From a virus, in the IMG/VR virus record IMGVR_UViG_3300025122_006404, positions 1-64,000 of that record: a stretch of DNA of 64,000 nucleotides; one strand, written 5' to 3'. A program made the translations under genes and the position numbers. Numbering within the stretch: position 1 is the stretch's first letter; each line of letters begins with the position of its first letter. The notes under the pieces are model-generated. The model was not told the DNA's origin, did not search any database, and worked only from the letters and a program-made list of their open reading frames with translations. Below are positions 38,968 through 47,837 of this stretch, piece after piece.

Positions 38968-40581
38968 TTATTCTCCAGTGTCACAGTCCGCCCAAGCTGC
39001 ATATTGTATATCAATTGAACTTTCATCTGCAGGCGCTACAGTAAATGAAACAGAATTGGCTGCGGTGTCATATGTCCAATCTGCTGAAAGTAAACCATCA
39101 ACACTCACTATGATAGTGTCTTCAATGGGATAATCTGATAAAGGAAAAGAGAGCATCGACATTGAGTCTCTAGCTAATGTGTCCATAGTGACACTCCAAT
39201 CTGCAGCGCAGATTGACATAAACGTTCCGCCCAGATCAGCCACGACGTCATAATATCCATCGCCGAACTGGGCGCTGCCATTTGACGTGCATCCAGAAGG
39301 ATAATCACCAGCGACCGCATGTGCCACAACAAGCTCGTGAGAGCTTTTCAATGATTGAAGGTGCGTAGAATAATCAGAAGGAGTCATTCCAGCTGATCCT
39401 CCTCCGTAGGCTGAAGTATTGGTAGAGGCATCAGGTTCGTCGGAAACATATACCACCACTAAGCGAGCCGATGCTCTAAAAAATCCCGTTGCTGATCCCG
39501 GAGCTGCATCTCCACCAGTAGCTGTGGATTCATATGAATACCACAATCCTTTTTCAATTGGTGCTCCGTGGTATCCAATCGCATCGACCTGGTTGCTAAA
39601 TTCTGCTACTGGATCAGGAGTAGCGGGAGTGATTATGTTTCCTACAAAACTGGCATCATCTGTGGTTATTAGAGCTACTTGATAATCTACTCCAGCACCT
39701 ACAAAGACGGACATAAAATCTCCGAAATTATTTTTTAGATTAGTCTGATTAGAAGACATAGACCCAGAGTTATCAACAACAAAAAGAATGTCTACTATTG
39801 CTTCTCCATCTTGTGTAAAATTATCTATCACCCAATACTCATAAGCTCCTAGTGCGCTGTGATCTGACATAACAACGGGGTTAAGCGGATCGCTAGATAC
39901 TATTTCAACATATGCATCGTCTGATAATAAGTCTAGCGGGGTGTAGTAAATTGTAAGGCTTAAAGAATCACTGGGGGCAATAATCCACGGTAACGGTCCA
40001 TTTTCAATTTCGTATTGAATCATTGAAAAGTCAACAGGGACTGTAACATAATATCTGATGTCATTTATTTCCAAATTAGCATTGCCAATATTTGAGATAG
40101 TAATATCAAATGAGTCATCACATCCAAGATAAACTGTTCCTAAGTCATGCGCGGCAGGATCTACTTCAATCACAGGAGCGTCACCTTTTCCAGATAGATT
40201 GACTGTAACAATTTCCTCGTCTGGATCGTCTGATAAAATTGAAATCGAATTTATATTTGATTCGTAGGTAATTGGGTCATAGGAAACTATAAGATCTGTA
40301 GATTTTCCCGGCTCTATTTCATTTGAAATTATATTTGTTATGGAATAAACTGACGTTGATAGATTAAATTTGATTGCATTAATATTGAGAACTTCATTCC
40401 CTGCGTTTGAGATCGTAATTGTTTCAAGAGATAGTTCGTATCCTGCATTTAATGATCCGAAATCAACTGTAGTTGGATTTACATCTATGTCAGGCTCACG
40501 GTCTACTTTTGGATGAAGTGCATAATCTGAGCAACTAAATAGAGAAAGAAGAATAACAAGTGACTGAATTAAACGAAACAT
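38968..40581 (-). CDS. lipoprotein with two Ig-like (ASH/choice-of-anchor D type) repeats and a vWA domain
   Basis: LFS-C; two 'VxPxxxDxG..ITISNxGNxxLxI' repeats; ILFVVDNSGSM; VSDEPD. Confidence 0.82.
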   Translation of the reverse strand: MFRLIQSLVILLSLFSCSDYALHPKVDREPDIDVNPTTVDFGSLNAGYELSLETITISNAGNEVLNINAIKFNLSTSVYSITNIISNEIEPGKSTDLIVSYDPITYESNINSISILSDDPDEEIVTVNLSGKGDAPVIEVDPAAHDLGTVYLGCDDSFDITISNIGNANLEINDIRYYVTVPVDFSMIQYEIENGPLPWIIAPSDSLSLTIYYTPLDLLSDDAYVEIVSSDPLNPVVMSDHSALGAYEYWVIDNFTQDGEAIVDILFVVDNSGSMSSNQTNLKNNFGDFMSVFVGAGVDYQVALITTDDASFVGNIITPATPDPVAEFSNQVDAIGYHGAPIEKGLWYSYESTATGGDAAPGSATGFFRASARLVVVYVSDEPDASTNTSAYGGGSAGMTPSDYSTHLQSLKSSHELVVAHAVAGDYPSGCTSNGSAQFGDGYYDVVADLGGTFMSICAADWSVTMDTLARDSMSMLSFPLSDYPIEDTIIVSVDGLLSADWTYDTAANSVSFTVAPADESSIDIQYAAWADCDTGE

Positions 40582-40620
40582 GTCATTAATATATATGTGC
40601 TCATGCAAGGTATGCCGATC

Positions 40621-40649
40621 ATGTAAATCCTTTTCTTTTGAGATATAAT
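40621..40649 (+). promoter_or_regulatory. class I promoter ATGTAA-N17-TATAAT
   Basis: conserved motif upstream of tilS. Confidence 0.7.
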
Positions 40650-40678
40650 AAGGATAGAAACTATCGGGATGGTTTAAA

Positions 40679-41284
40679 GTGATTCATCTGTTTGGAAAGA
40701 TTCCTACAAAGGTTCATGTAGCGTGCTCAGGAGGCCCGGACTCCATGGCTGTTCTTGATTTTCTTTTAAATGGTCGAAAGTCTATTACTGTAGTGCATTT
40801 TGATCATGGAACAGAGCATGCAAATGTGGCGAGACAATTTATTACTGACTATTGCAGGTTCAAAAAAATTCCCATCGTAGTGAAAGAAATTCAGAGATCA
40901 AAAAGTAAAGAGGAATCTCCCGAGGAATATTGGAGAAATGAGAGATATCGATTTTTTAGAGGGATAAGCTCTCCTATTGTTACCGGTCATAATTTAGATG
41001 ACGCTGTAGAGTGGTGGATAATGACTGCGATGCACGGACAGCCACGACTGATTCCCTACCGGCATGGAAATGTCATTAGGCCTTTTTTGCTTGCTGAAAA
41101 GTCAGAATTGCTTGAGTGGGTGGAAAGAAAAAATATTCCCTATGTGCTAGATCCTTCTAATAAGTCAGATAAATTTTCTCGCTCTATTGTAAGAGAACAT
41201 ATAATGCCACATGCACTTAAGGTAAATCCTGGAATTAGGAAAGTGGTCAAACGTCTTTTAAAAGAGAGCACTACTTCATTTTGA
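40679..41284 (+). CDS. tilS: tRNA(Ile)-lysidine synthetase, catalytic domain only
   Basis: VACSGGPDS PP-loop, RNERY, TGHNLDD, IRPFL, DPSN..R..VR. Confidence 0.88.
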   Translation: MIHLFGKIPTKVHVACSGGPDSMAVLDFLLNGRKSITVVHFDHGTEHANVARQFITDYCRFKKIPIVVKEIQRSKSKEESPEEYWRNERYRFFRGISSPIVTGHNLDDAVEWWIMTAMHGQPRLIPYRHGNVIRPFLLAEKSELLEWVERKNIPYVLDPSNKSDKFSRSIVREHIMPHALKVNPGIRKVVKRLLKESTTSF

Positions 41285-41312
41285 TGTAGCTTTCAAAAAA
41301 AAATGGTATAAT
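41284..41312 (+). promoter_or_regulatory. class I promoter ATGTAG-N17-TATAAT
   Basis: conserved motif, TGG extended -10. Confidence 0.65.
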
Positions 41313-41328
41313 AATAAAAGGAGATAAA

Positions 41329-42036
41329 ATGATATATTCTATAGCTATAGCAAGTTTGTTGATGGGATGCCAGGATAAATCCCATTCCCTATTAGTTTTC
41401 GAAACCGCTGACAGGCTAAATACTTCTCATGGCGTGGCTGGCAGTATTGGTTCAAAGGATAGAGAAGAGACTGTTGCCATAGAGCCAACTGAGTTTTGGG
41501 TCAGTAGTGACAACAGCAGAGAAGATACCATGTTTGTTGCTACTCACTTTATACGATCATCTAGGATGATTTTCTCTGAAATGATCGCCGTAATCGACGA
41601 TTCCGACCGAATCGACGTCGATGACCAGGGACCCATCTTTTGGCAGAAGATCTTTGATTCAGAGCTTTCTTGTCTTGCGGATTCCCAGCTTAGGATTTTT
41701 GATATCTCTGAACAAAAGATCAATGATCCTGAGGTTATGACATTTTATACGCCCGAGGTAATCCCACCTCCTCCAGCTACTATTTCAGGGATGACAGCCC
41801 CCATAAGTGATTGGGATTTTTACCTGTTTGTGTGTCGAGATTGTGGGGATGAGAGAGAAGAGACTATTGCTCATGAAGTGTCACATTACTGGTTTAATGT
41901 ATGTGATCATAATCTTCCATATGACGTCGAATCATTTGCCAATAAAATTGAAAAGGCCTACGTTGAATCAATCGGCAAGGAATATAAAAGCGTCAGGCCA
42001 GATCTAAACGCTGTGATTCCTATTCACAGGTTCTGA
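41329..42036 (+). CDS. lipoprotein with HExxH zinc metallopeptidase motif
   Basis: LMG-C lipobox; TIAHEVSHYW..E..A. Confidence 0.72.
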   Translation: MIYSIAIASLLMGCQDKSHSLLVFETADRLNTSHGVAGSIGSKDREETVAIEPTEFWVSSDNSREDTMFVATHFIRSSRMIFSEMIAVIDDSDRIDVDDQGPIFWQKIFDSELSCLADSQLRIFDISEQKINDPEVMTFYTPEVIPPPPATISGMTAPISDWDFYLFVCRDCGDEREETIAHEVSHYWFNVCDHNLPYDVESFANKIEKAYVESIGKEYKSVRPDLNAVIPIHRF

Positions 42037-42575
42037 ACCAGGCCTTCGTCGTTCCAGCCCCCATTTTCAAGAATAGGGTGCATTAGATGTCCACGACGGT
42101 TTATGTGCAGCCACCCCAGTGCATGACCGATTTCGTGTTCTAGAATTCTTTCCCTGAGATTTTCTTTAAGCTCAATCCTCACCCGCACAATCTCGCCTGT
42201 TTCGCGATCAAATCTTATAAATGTGGTGGCGTGATTCGAAGGATTAAAATTCTCTTGACTAATTAAAGAGATCACAATAGATCCGTACGCGGAGCCAACA
42301 ATACATCCGTTACCGTGGCCAGCTTCAACAATATTACCAAAGGTGTATCCTCTGGTTTTCCACCATTCAACTGCTGCTGCCACTTCTGCACGTGCAGCAG
42401 GAGATCCTTCGCAAATTTGAATGTCAGGAGGAAATTTCCAGCTTCCTAGCTTTTCTATCTCCCCGCCTCTAAGTCGAACATCGACATATGGATCCTCAAT
42501 TAGAACAGGAGTTGATCCAGATAAAACGGGGGATAGAATAATTAAAAATAACAAGCGTTTAAAAAAGTTCGTCAT
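42024..42575 (-). CDS. exported matrixin-like metalloprotease
   Basis: HEIGHALGWLH..LMHP (HExxHxxGxxH plus Met-turn); signal peptide from ATG 42575. Confidence 0.85.
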   Translation of the reverse strand: MTNFFKRLLFLIILSPVLSGSTPVLIEDPYVDVRLRGGEIEKLGSWKFPPDIQICEGSPAARAEVAAAVEWWKTRGYTFGNIVEAGHGNGCIVGSAYGSIVISLISQENFNPSNHATTFIRFDRETGEIVRVRIELKENLRERILEHEIGHALGWLHINRRGHLMHPILENGGWNDEGLVQNL

Positions 42576-42642
42576 ATAATAAACTATTTCATTGCAGGCT
42601 TTTAAGCATGTACAGTCTTGTGGGAGAAGAGTAGAATTAAAC

Positions 42643-42885
42643 ATGAAAAGTAAAAATTCATCTAAAATTGCACTTAAAATGCTTAAAAAAGAGGTTGATA
42701 AAATAACTACGGGAGTTTTTAAGATAGAGCAGACTTCGGATGACGGGGGTCCCCTCTTTGAGGTGAGGACTGATAAGAGAAAATCCAAGAGAATGAGGCA
42801 GAAGCTCCCCTTGGTTTACATGGGCAGCCGGATTGTAGTGACACAAGTAGCAAGAGAGACGCTAATTCACAGTGCTAGTAGATAG
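42643..42885 (+). CDS. hypothetical protein
   Basis: ATG just after ATGTAC-N18-TAGAAT. Confidence 0.55.
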   Translation: MKSKNSSKIALKMLKKEVDKITTGVFKIEQTSDDGGPLFEVRTDKRKSKRMRQKLPLVYMGSRIVVTQVARETLIHSASR

Positions 42886-43060
42886 TTATCAAAAAATTTA
42901 TATTCGGTCAGCCAAGGATTGGATTCTCGTCTCGGGAACTATTTTTGGAGGATTTTTATCTTTTTCTAGCAGTTTCTGGCTAGGGATAGGTTTCTGTGTA
43001 TCTATTGCATTGATGGGAGCACTAGGATACTTTCTCTCGTGGCTCAAAGATGGTTTATAG
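42872..43060 (+). CDS. small two-TM membrane protein
   Basis: two hydrophobic segments; 14-nt overlap with upstream gene. Confidence 0.55.
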   Translation: MLVDSYQKIYIRSAKDWILVSGTIFGGFLSFSSSFWLGIGFCVSIALMGALGYFLSWLKDGL

Positions 43061-43069
43061 GGAAGTGAT

Positions 43070-43366
43070 GTGAGCTCCATCGACGAGATAATTCAACAGA
43101 TAGAAAAATTACAAAATCTAGCTCTAATGAGGCTCAAGACCAGATGCGAACAGCTTATTAAATCTTCTCAGGAAAGCCTGGATAAAATTGAAAATTTGGG
43201 ATTAATGGGATACTATAGTGTAAATCATGATTGCTATAGATATGCCTGTGATGTTCATAGAATATCAAATGAATTAGGAAACATGAGAGCTATAAAGGAA
43301 AATATTATTAAGATCAAGAATACAGTGACACTAGTGGAGGTTGTTGAAGATCTTGAGGAAGAATAG
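43070..43366 (+). CDS. hypothetical protein
   Basis: 98-aa ORF. Confidence 0.6.
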   Translation: MSSIDEIIQQIEKLQNLALMRLKTRCEQLIKSSQESLDKIENLGLMGYYSVNHDCYRYACDVHRISNELGNMRAIKENIIKIKNTVTLVEVVEDLEEE

Positions 43367-43415
43367 GATTAATATTAAACTTTTTCATAGATATATAGAT
43401 AATAGTTAAGACTTC

Positions 43416-43703
43416 ATGGCATCAAAACAAATTGGTAAAGTTGGTCCCGATCTACAGGAAGAAAAGTCTGTATCTTTTAGGCGAAAAGAAGACGGATTTT
43501 TTGAAAAAATCGAGCTAATTGCCGTACGAGACTTAAAGATTGGCAAGATAATTCGTTCATCTAAGATCGTAGCAGAGGAAGATTACGAGCTCATTTCTGA
43601 TTCTTCCGAAGATTTTGATGAGACGATGTCTTATGAGGACATCGATGGAAAGACAGTGACCTTAAAATTTAAAAGACTTGAAAATACAGACAATGAGAAA
43701 TGA
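43416..43703 (+). CDS. hypothetical protein
   Basis: 95-aa ORF. Confidence 0.6.
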   Translation: MASKQIGKVGPDLQEEKSVSFRRKEDGFFEKIELIAVRDLKIGKIIRSSKIVAEEDYELISDSSEDFDETMSYEDIDGKTVTLKFKRLENTDNEK

Positions 43704-43899
43704 TAAAGATAACGTGATTGATTTTTTATCTTTCCTGAGAAAAACGTCTAGATCTAAAAAGACAGATAATGCTAATGAAAATGAGGTATCCTTTAAGCCA
43801 GCAGGAATAAGCTTGCCAGAAAAAATTCTGATCAGTCTCTGTTTCATGTCTCTGTTTGGAATAGTGTTATTTGCTATTGTGGCAATTTTTCTCCCATAG
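43693..43899 (+). CDS. small membrane protein
   Basis: DNVIDF motif, C-terminal TM. Confidence 0.55.
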   Translation: MRNDKDNVIDFLSFLRKTSRSKKTDNANENEVSFKPAGISLPEKILISLCFMSLFGIVLFAIVAIFLP

Positions 43900-43909
43900 C
43901 TCTGCATTC

Positions 43910-43938
43910 GTGTAAATCGCTTACTTCTGTGATATAAT
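43910..43938 (+). promoter_or_regulatory. class I promoter GTGTAA-N17-TATAAT
   Basis: directly upstream of tRNA cluster. Confidence 0.7.
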
Positions 43939-43951
43939 TTTACTATGATTT

Positions 43952-44028
43952 CGGCTTCTAGCTCAATCGGTCAGAGCAACGGTCTCATAAACCGTAGGTT
44001 CTGGGTTCAAGTCCCAGGGAGCCGACCA
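43952..44028 (+). tRNA. tRNA with CAT anticodon (Ile2 or elongator Met; not initiator)
   Basis: CGGCTTC/GGAGCCG acceptor, ACGGT-CTCATAA-ACCGT, ACCA end. Confidence 0.92.
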
Positions 44029-44039
44029 ATTTTTAGTGG

Positions 44040-44114
44040 GGGACCTTAGCTCATCGGGTAGAGCACTGGACTTTTAATCCAGCGGGCAGGGTTCGAGTCC
44101 CTGAGGTCCCACCA
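44040..44114 (+). tRNA. tRNA-Lys(TTT)
   Basis: GGGACCT/AGGTCCC, CTGGA-CTTTTAA-TCCAG, ACCA. Confidence 0.93.
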
Positions 44115-44128
44115 TCTTTAGAATCTAT

Positions 44129-44329
44129 TTGAGTAGGAGAAATATACAAATGGAGATAAGCTATACCATTATGGTTTATAATAAGAAAACACAGAAATAT
44201 ACAGAAATAGTTCCCTCTTTCTTAGGAAAAAGTCGAGAAGATGCTGAGCAAAGATTTAAGAGAGAGAGGAACTGGAAGCCTATTTCGAGTGATGAGGTGC
44301 TATTTGTAAAGGGTCCGGTGTGTAGATGA
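44129..44329 (+). CDS. hypothetical protein
   Basis: ORF between tRNAs; start uncertain. Confidence 0.5.
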   Translation: MSRRNIQMEISYTIMVYNKKTQKYTEIVPSFLGKSREDAEQRFKRERNWKPISSDEVLFVKGPVCR

Positions 44330-44334
44330 TATAG

Positions 44335-44417
44335 GGCCGGGTGGTGGAATCGGTAGACACGACAGACTCAAAATCTGTTACCCATTGGGTGTGAGGGTTC
44401 GAGTCCCTCTCTGGCCA
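44335..44417 (+). tRNA. tRNA-Leu(CAA), long variable arm, no encoded CCA
   Basis: GGCCGGG/TCTGGCC, ACAGA-CTCAAAA-TCTGT, TTCGAGT. Confidence 0.9.
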
Positions 44418-44449
44418 CTCTTTAACTAGACTTTTCACGAGAGTAATAA

Positions 44450-44704
44450 ATGAATGATATCTTAGCTAAAAATGTGGGAGTCCAGCTTTTAATGATGCAG
44501 GATTATAAAAAGGCGGCGAAATACTTATTCGATATGATTAAAAATAATATTCTTTGTGAGAATAAAGACATCAAGAATTATCTGATCTCTCTAATGGAGG
44601 TAATTTCATCGCATGACGATCAGTATGCTCAAGATATGGTTCTTCACTTTACGGATGTGTTAGTTCCAGAATTAAAAAAGGAGGTAAAAAGTGAAAAACA
44701 GTGA
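44450..44704 (+). CDS. hypothetical protein
   Basis: 84-aa ORF. Confidence 0.6.
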   Translation: MNDILAKNVGVQLLMMQDYKKAAKYLFDMIKNNILCENKDIKNYLISLMEVISSHDDQYAQDMVLHFTDVLVPELKKEVKSEKQ

Positions 44705-45104
44705 ATGGAGTCAGACATCTATGCTCACAACTATTGTTAATCCAACTGTGCAAGGGTATGAGATTAAGATTAAAAGTCCTGAGGTGACATTTCTAGGGGT
44801 AAAGGATCAGCCTGACTTTGCTGATTTATATCTTACTTTTTATCCGGAAGAAAAGGTGATAGAGCTTAAGTCTTTTAAAAAATATCTTCATCAATTTAGA
44901 AATAAAATTATTTCCTATGAGAGATTAATTAATGTAATCTATGATGATGTGATGAGAACATACAAGCCTAATCGATTAAGAATTGTAATGACGTGCAATC
45001 CAAGAGGCGGAATTAGTTCTCGATTGACTATCGATTCTGACTGGGAAATTCGCGGAGGAAAAGAAGCCTATCGAGACTGGACTGGCCAATCTGACGAGTG
45101 GTAA
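44691..45104 (+). CDS. QueF-family T-fold protein lacking the catalytic Cys
   Basis: PEVTFLGVKDQPDF, ELKSFKKY, FRN..SYE, PRGGI. Confidence 0.82.
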   Translation: MKNSEWSQTSMLTTIVNPTVQGYEIKIKSPEVTFLGVKDQPDFADLYLTFYPEEKVIELKSFKKYLHQFRNKIISYERLINVIYDDVMRTYKPNRLRIVMTCNPRGGISSRLTIDSDWEIRGGKEAYRDWTGQSDEW

Positions 45105-45201
45105 TGCTGCTAGGGTACAAGTAATTCAGATACTAATTAACAATGCTTTAAATGCTGAAATTGATAGGAGAATTAGATCTGTAATTTCAAGCAGGTTCAA
45201 G

Positions 45202-45423
45202 ATGGATAACAAACATCTTGAACCTTCATTTATTCACTACGATCCCGTTTGGGGAAAAGGGCAGAATGGAAACAAGTCTTTAAAATCAATAAGGGTGAAG
45301 AGGTTTAAGCAGGAAAGAGGATACGCGGTTATAGATGAAAAATATTCATCATCATTTAAAGTGATGCTTCCAGAGATTATTAAATTTTTTGAGACATGGG
45401 GAGCTACAAGAACTCGATTTTAA
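45202..45423 (+). CDS. hypothetical protein (frame open further upstream without a canonical start)
   Basis: 73-aa ORF. Confidence 0.5.
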   Translation: MDNKHLEPSFIHYDPVWGKGQNGNKSLKSIRVKRFKQERGYAVIDEKYSSSFKVMLPEIIKFFETWGATRTRF

Positions 45424-45437
45424 TAGTTGAAAATGAG

Positions 45438-45444
45438 ATATTTA
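45438..45444 (+). promoter_or_regulatory. class II motif ATATTTA
   Basis: upstream of AAGGAG and ATG 45467. Confidence 0.5.
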
Positions 45445-45466
45445 TGATTAGAATAAGGAGTTAATC

Positions 45467-45718
45467 ATGAAGTCTATTGCAATTTTCAATAGTGGGGATG
45501 AGTGGTACAGTTCGAGTGAGATAAGTCTTGTATTTTGGGAAGATGATCTGACATTTGATCAATTTACAGAGAGATATAATGATGGAGACTATTTAGATGC
45601 AGCGAGAGATGATATTGCTCGAGGCAGGGCTACGTCAGTTCAGCTGTGTGAAATAGTTAGATTTTATGAAAAATTTATTCTTGGAGTAAATAGTGTAAAC
45701 TTAAAATCTTCCAAGTAA
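45467..45718 (+). CDS. hypothetical protein
   Basis: AAGGAG RBS. Confidence 0.65.
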   Translation: MKSIAIFNSGDEWYSSSEISLVFWEDDLTFDQFTERYNDGDYLDAARDDIARGRATSVQLCEIVRFYEKFILGVNSVNLKSSK

Positions 45719-45721
45719 ATT
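45693..45721 (+). promoter_or_regulatory. class I promoter GTGTAA-N17-TAAATT
   Basis: 8 nt upstream of tRNA-Arg. Confidence 0.55.
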
Positions 45722-45729
45722 ATTACTAA

Positions 45730-45806
<77 letters not shown>

Positions 45807-45827
45807 TTCTGCAGGATACGATACAAT

Positions 45828-46043
45828 ATGATTCAAAAAATTTTATTAAAACTACTTTTTAAAACTCACGAGGTTAGACTCGGTTCACTGATGTGCGGCG
45901 ATATAGTTTTACATCAAGGGGAACTATGGAGAATTATTAATCCAATGAAGGGAGGAAAGCTTGCTGCAAAGGTGGGAGACGACCATGTTTCTGCTTGCCT
46001 TGGGGTGGGAATGTATAGGACAGTTTTAGGACTAAGATTTTAG
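45828..46043 (+). CDS. hypothetical protein (GD-type small beta protein)
   Basis: CGDIVLHQG; start moved out of tRNA. Confidence 0.55.
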   Translation: MIQKILLKLLFKTHEVRLGSLMCGDIVLHQGELWRIINPMKGGKLAAKVGDDHVSACLGVGMYRTVLGLRF

Positions 46044-46049
46044 GTTGAT

Positions 46050-46706
46050 ATGAAAGATTATTATTCAATTTTAGGTGTGGATGAAACTGCCTCAATGAGT
46101 CAAATTAAAAAGGCTTACCGTAAACTTGCTCAAAAATATCATCCAGATAAAAATCCAGGAAACTCCGAAGCAGAAGTAAAGTTTAAGGAAATAAGTGAGG
46201 CGTATGATACTTTATCCAATAAATCTAATAAGGAGAGATATGATGGCATGAGAAATGGATCAGCTTTCGGAGACGATTTTGGTTTCAATGATTTATTTGA
46301 GAGTATATTTGGGCTAGGAGATATCTTCGGGAGTGGCGGACACAGGAGGCAAACTCGTCAACCTCAACAAGAGAGAGTTATCAGATTTGATATCCCGCTG
46401 AGTGAGCTGCAATCAGAAAGAAAAATCAACAAGTCTTTTCAAGTGCAATATCAGGAAACGTGTTCATCTTGTGAAGGCTGCGGCGGCAGTGATATCCAGA
46501 AATGCCCGGCGTGTGGTGGATCGGGAAAAATTATTCAGTTTCATAAACAAGGTCCTCTGACATTTCAATCTTCGATTGCGTGCTCACACTGCCGAGGTGC
46601 GGGAAAAATTATTCACACGCCCTGTGGGCTTTGCCAAGGGGCAGGGATTATTCTTAAAACTGCAGAGTACGATGTGACAATTAGCTGTCACAAGAAAAAT
46701 AAATAA
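46050..46706 (+). CDS. dnaJ: DnaJ-like co-chaperone (J domain plus Zn finger, C-terminal domain truncated)
   Basis: HPD, G/F region, four CxxCxGxG repeats. Confidence 0.88.
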   Translation: MKDYYSILGVDETASMSQIKKAYRKLAQKYHPDKNPGNSEAEVKFKEISEAYDTLSNKSNKERYDGMRNGSAFGDDFGFNDLFESIFGLGDIFGSGGHRRQTRQPQQERVIRFDIPLSELQSERKINKSFQVQYQETCSSCEGCGGSDIQKCPACGGSGKIIQFHKQGPLTFQSSIACSHCRGAGKIIHTPCGLCQGAGIILKTAEYDVTISCHKKNK

Positions 46707-46803
46707 AGCTGTTATTTTGATATCTAAATCAGAATAGTGATTAAATACATCTGAGACAGCTAGTATATTATTATACGATAAGATCATCTAAGGAGAATAA
46801 ATT

Positions 46804-47001
46804 TTGGGATCAAAAAGTCATCGTCAAAATCAGCACGTTAATCGCTTAATGAGAAAAATTGAAAAATTTAAAAAAAAGAATTGGAATATTGAAGGTTTGC
46901 AAAAAGAATTATCTTATGCAACCGGAGAGAAGGAAAGACCTGAATTTAAAACCGGCAGAGATGCTGATCCCCGATTAAAGCGTAAATATTTTAATGATTA
47001 G
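46804..47001 (+). CDS. basic hypothetical protein
   Basis: AAGGAG RBS, TTG start. Confidence 0.6.
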   Translation: MGSKSHRQNQHVNRLMRKIEKFKKKNWNIEGLQKELSYATGEKERPEFKTGRDADPRLKRKYFND

Positions 47002-47005
47002 GAGA

Positions 47006-47081
47006 TGGGGTGTAGTTCAATTGGCAGAACGTCGGACTGTTAATCCGGAAGTTGGAGGTTCGAGTCCTCCCGCCCCAGCCA
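47006..47081 (+). tRNA. tRNA-Asn(GTT)
   Basis: TGGGGTG/CGCCCCA, TCGGA-CTGTTAA-TCCGG, GCCA. Confidence 0.93.
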
Positions 47082-47096
47082 CTAATAGAGGAAGTG

Positions 47097-47330
47097 ATGT
47101 CGCAATTTAAATTTCAAGATGGGGAGCTGGTAAAGATAAGACAATGGGATGAAGATAAAAATGATGAGAAACCAGAAAAGCCGGTAGGCGTAATAGTTTC
47201 AAAAAGTTCCACGTCGCTATATGATATATGGAATCCCGGTAGATCGGTTATTCAGAATACTTATAGAATTCTATTGAACGGATCTTTAGTTAGCAAAGAC
47301 GAAGAAGAGATTCAGAAAGTATCACCATGA
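47097..47330 (+). CDS. small KOW/SH3-like GD family protein
   Basis: FQDGELVKIR..VGVIV..YRIL. Confidence 0.65.
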   Translation: MSQFKFQDGELVKIRQWDEDKNDEKPEKPVGVIVSKSSTSLYDIWNPGRSVIQNTYRILLNGSLVSKDEEEIQKVSP

Positions 47331-47533
47331 AAATAGGAGATTTAATTAAAGTAAAATTTCACTATGACGCTACTTTGAGTGTGGGTGATCTCGGGGTTAT
47401 TATTGAAAAAAATATTATTGCTTTTGATGAAGAAAACCCCAAAGAGACAACTACCCCGGTATACAGGATTTTGTGTGGAGGAACAGACGAGCTCTGTTAT
47501 CCTGAAGATCTTGAAATAATTTCTACACTATAA
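47327..47533 (+). CDS. MKxGDLV family small protein
   Basis: MKIGDLIKVK..LGVII..YRIL..DLEIIS. Confidence 0.72.
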   Translation: MKIGDLIKVKFHYDATLSVGDLGVIIEKNIIAFDEENPKETTTPVYRILCGGTDELCYPEDLEIISTL

Positions 47534-47634
47534 TAATTTTTAACATATAGATTTATAGATATAATGTTTTATCACGGCACACCTTGCACGATGATTAAAA
47601 TGTTACGTTAGTTAAGATATTTTGTGAGTTTGTA

Positions 47635-47835
47635 ATGAAATTTAAAGATTTTCTTTTAAGATATAAAATAGCTGATAATCAAAAAACAGAAATAGAAATA
47701 GAAAAACATACCGATGATATGGAAATTTCTTTCTTAGAGATGAAAGATCGATATGATTTAACGACCGAAGAAGTAGAGATTGCTTTAAAGCCATATAGAA
47801 ATCGATATCAAGAAAAAAAGACACGAGGAAGATAA
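47635..47835 (+). CDS. hypothetical protein
   Basis: 66-aa ORF. Confidence 0.5.
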   Translation: MKFKDFLLRYKIADNQKTEIEIEKHTDDMEISFLEMKDRYDLTTEEVEIALKPYRNRYQEKKTRGR

Positions 47836-47837
47836 TA

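Noticed and set aside
43952-44028. Initiator tRNA-fMet
   Set aside because: Positions 1-72 are paired and the anticodon stem lacks the three consecutive G-C pairs
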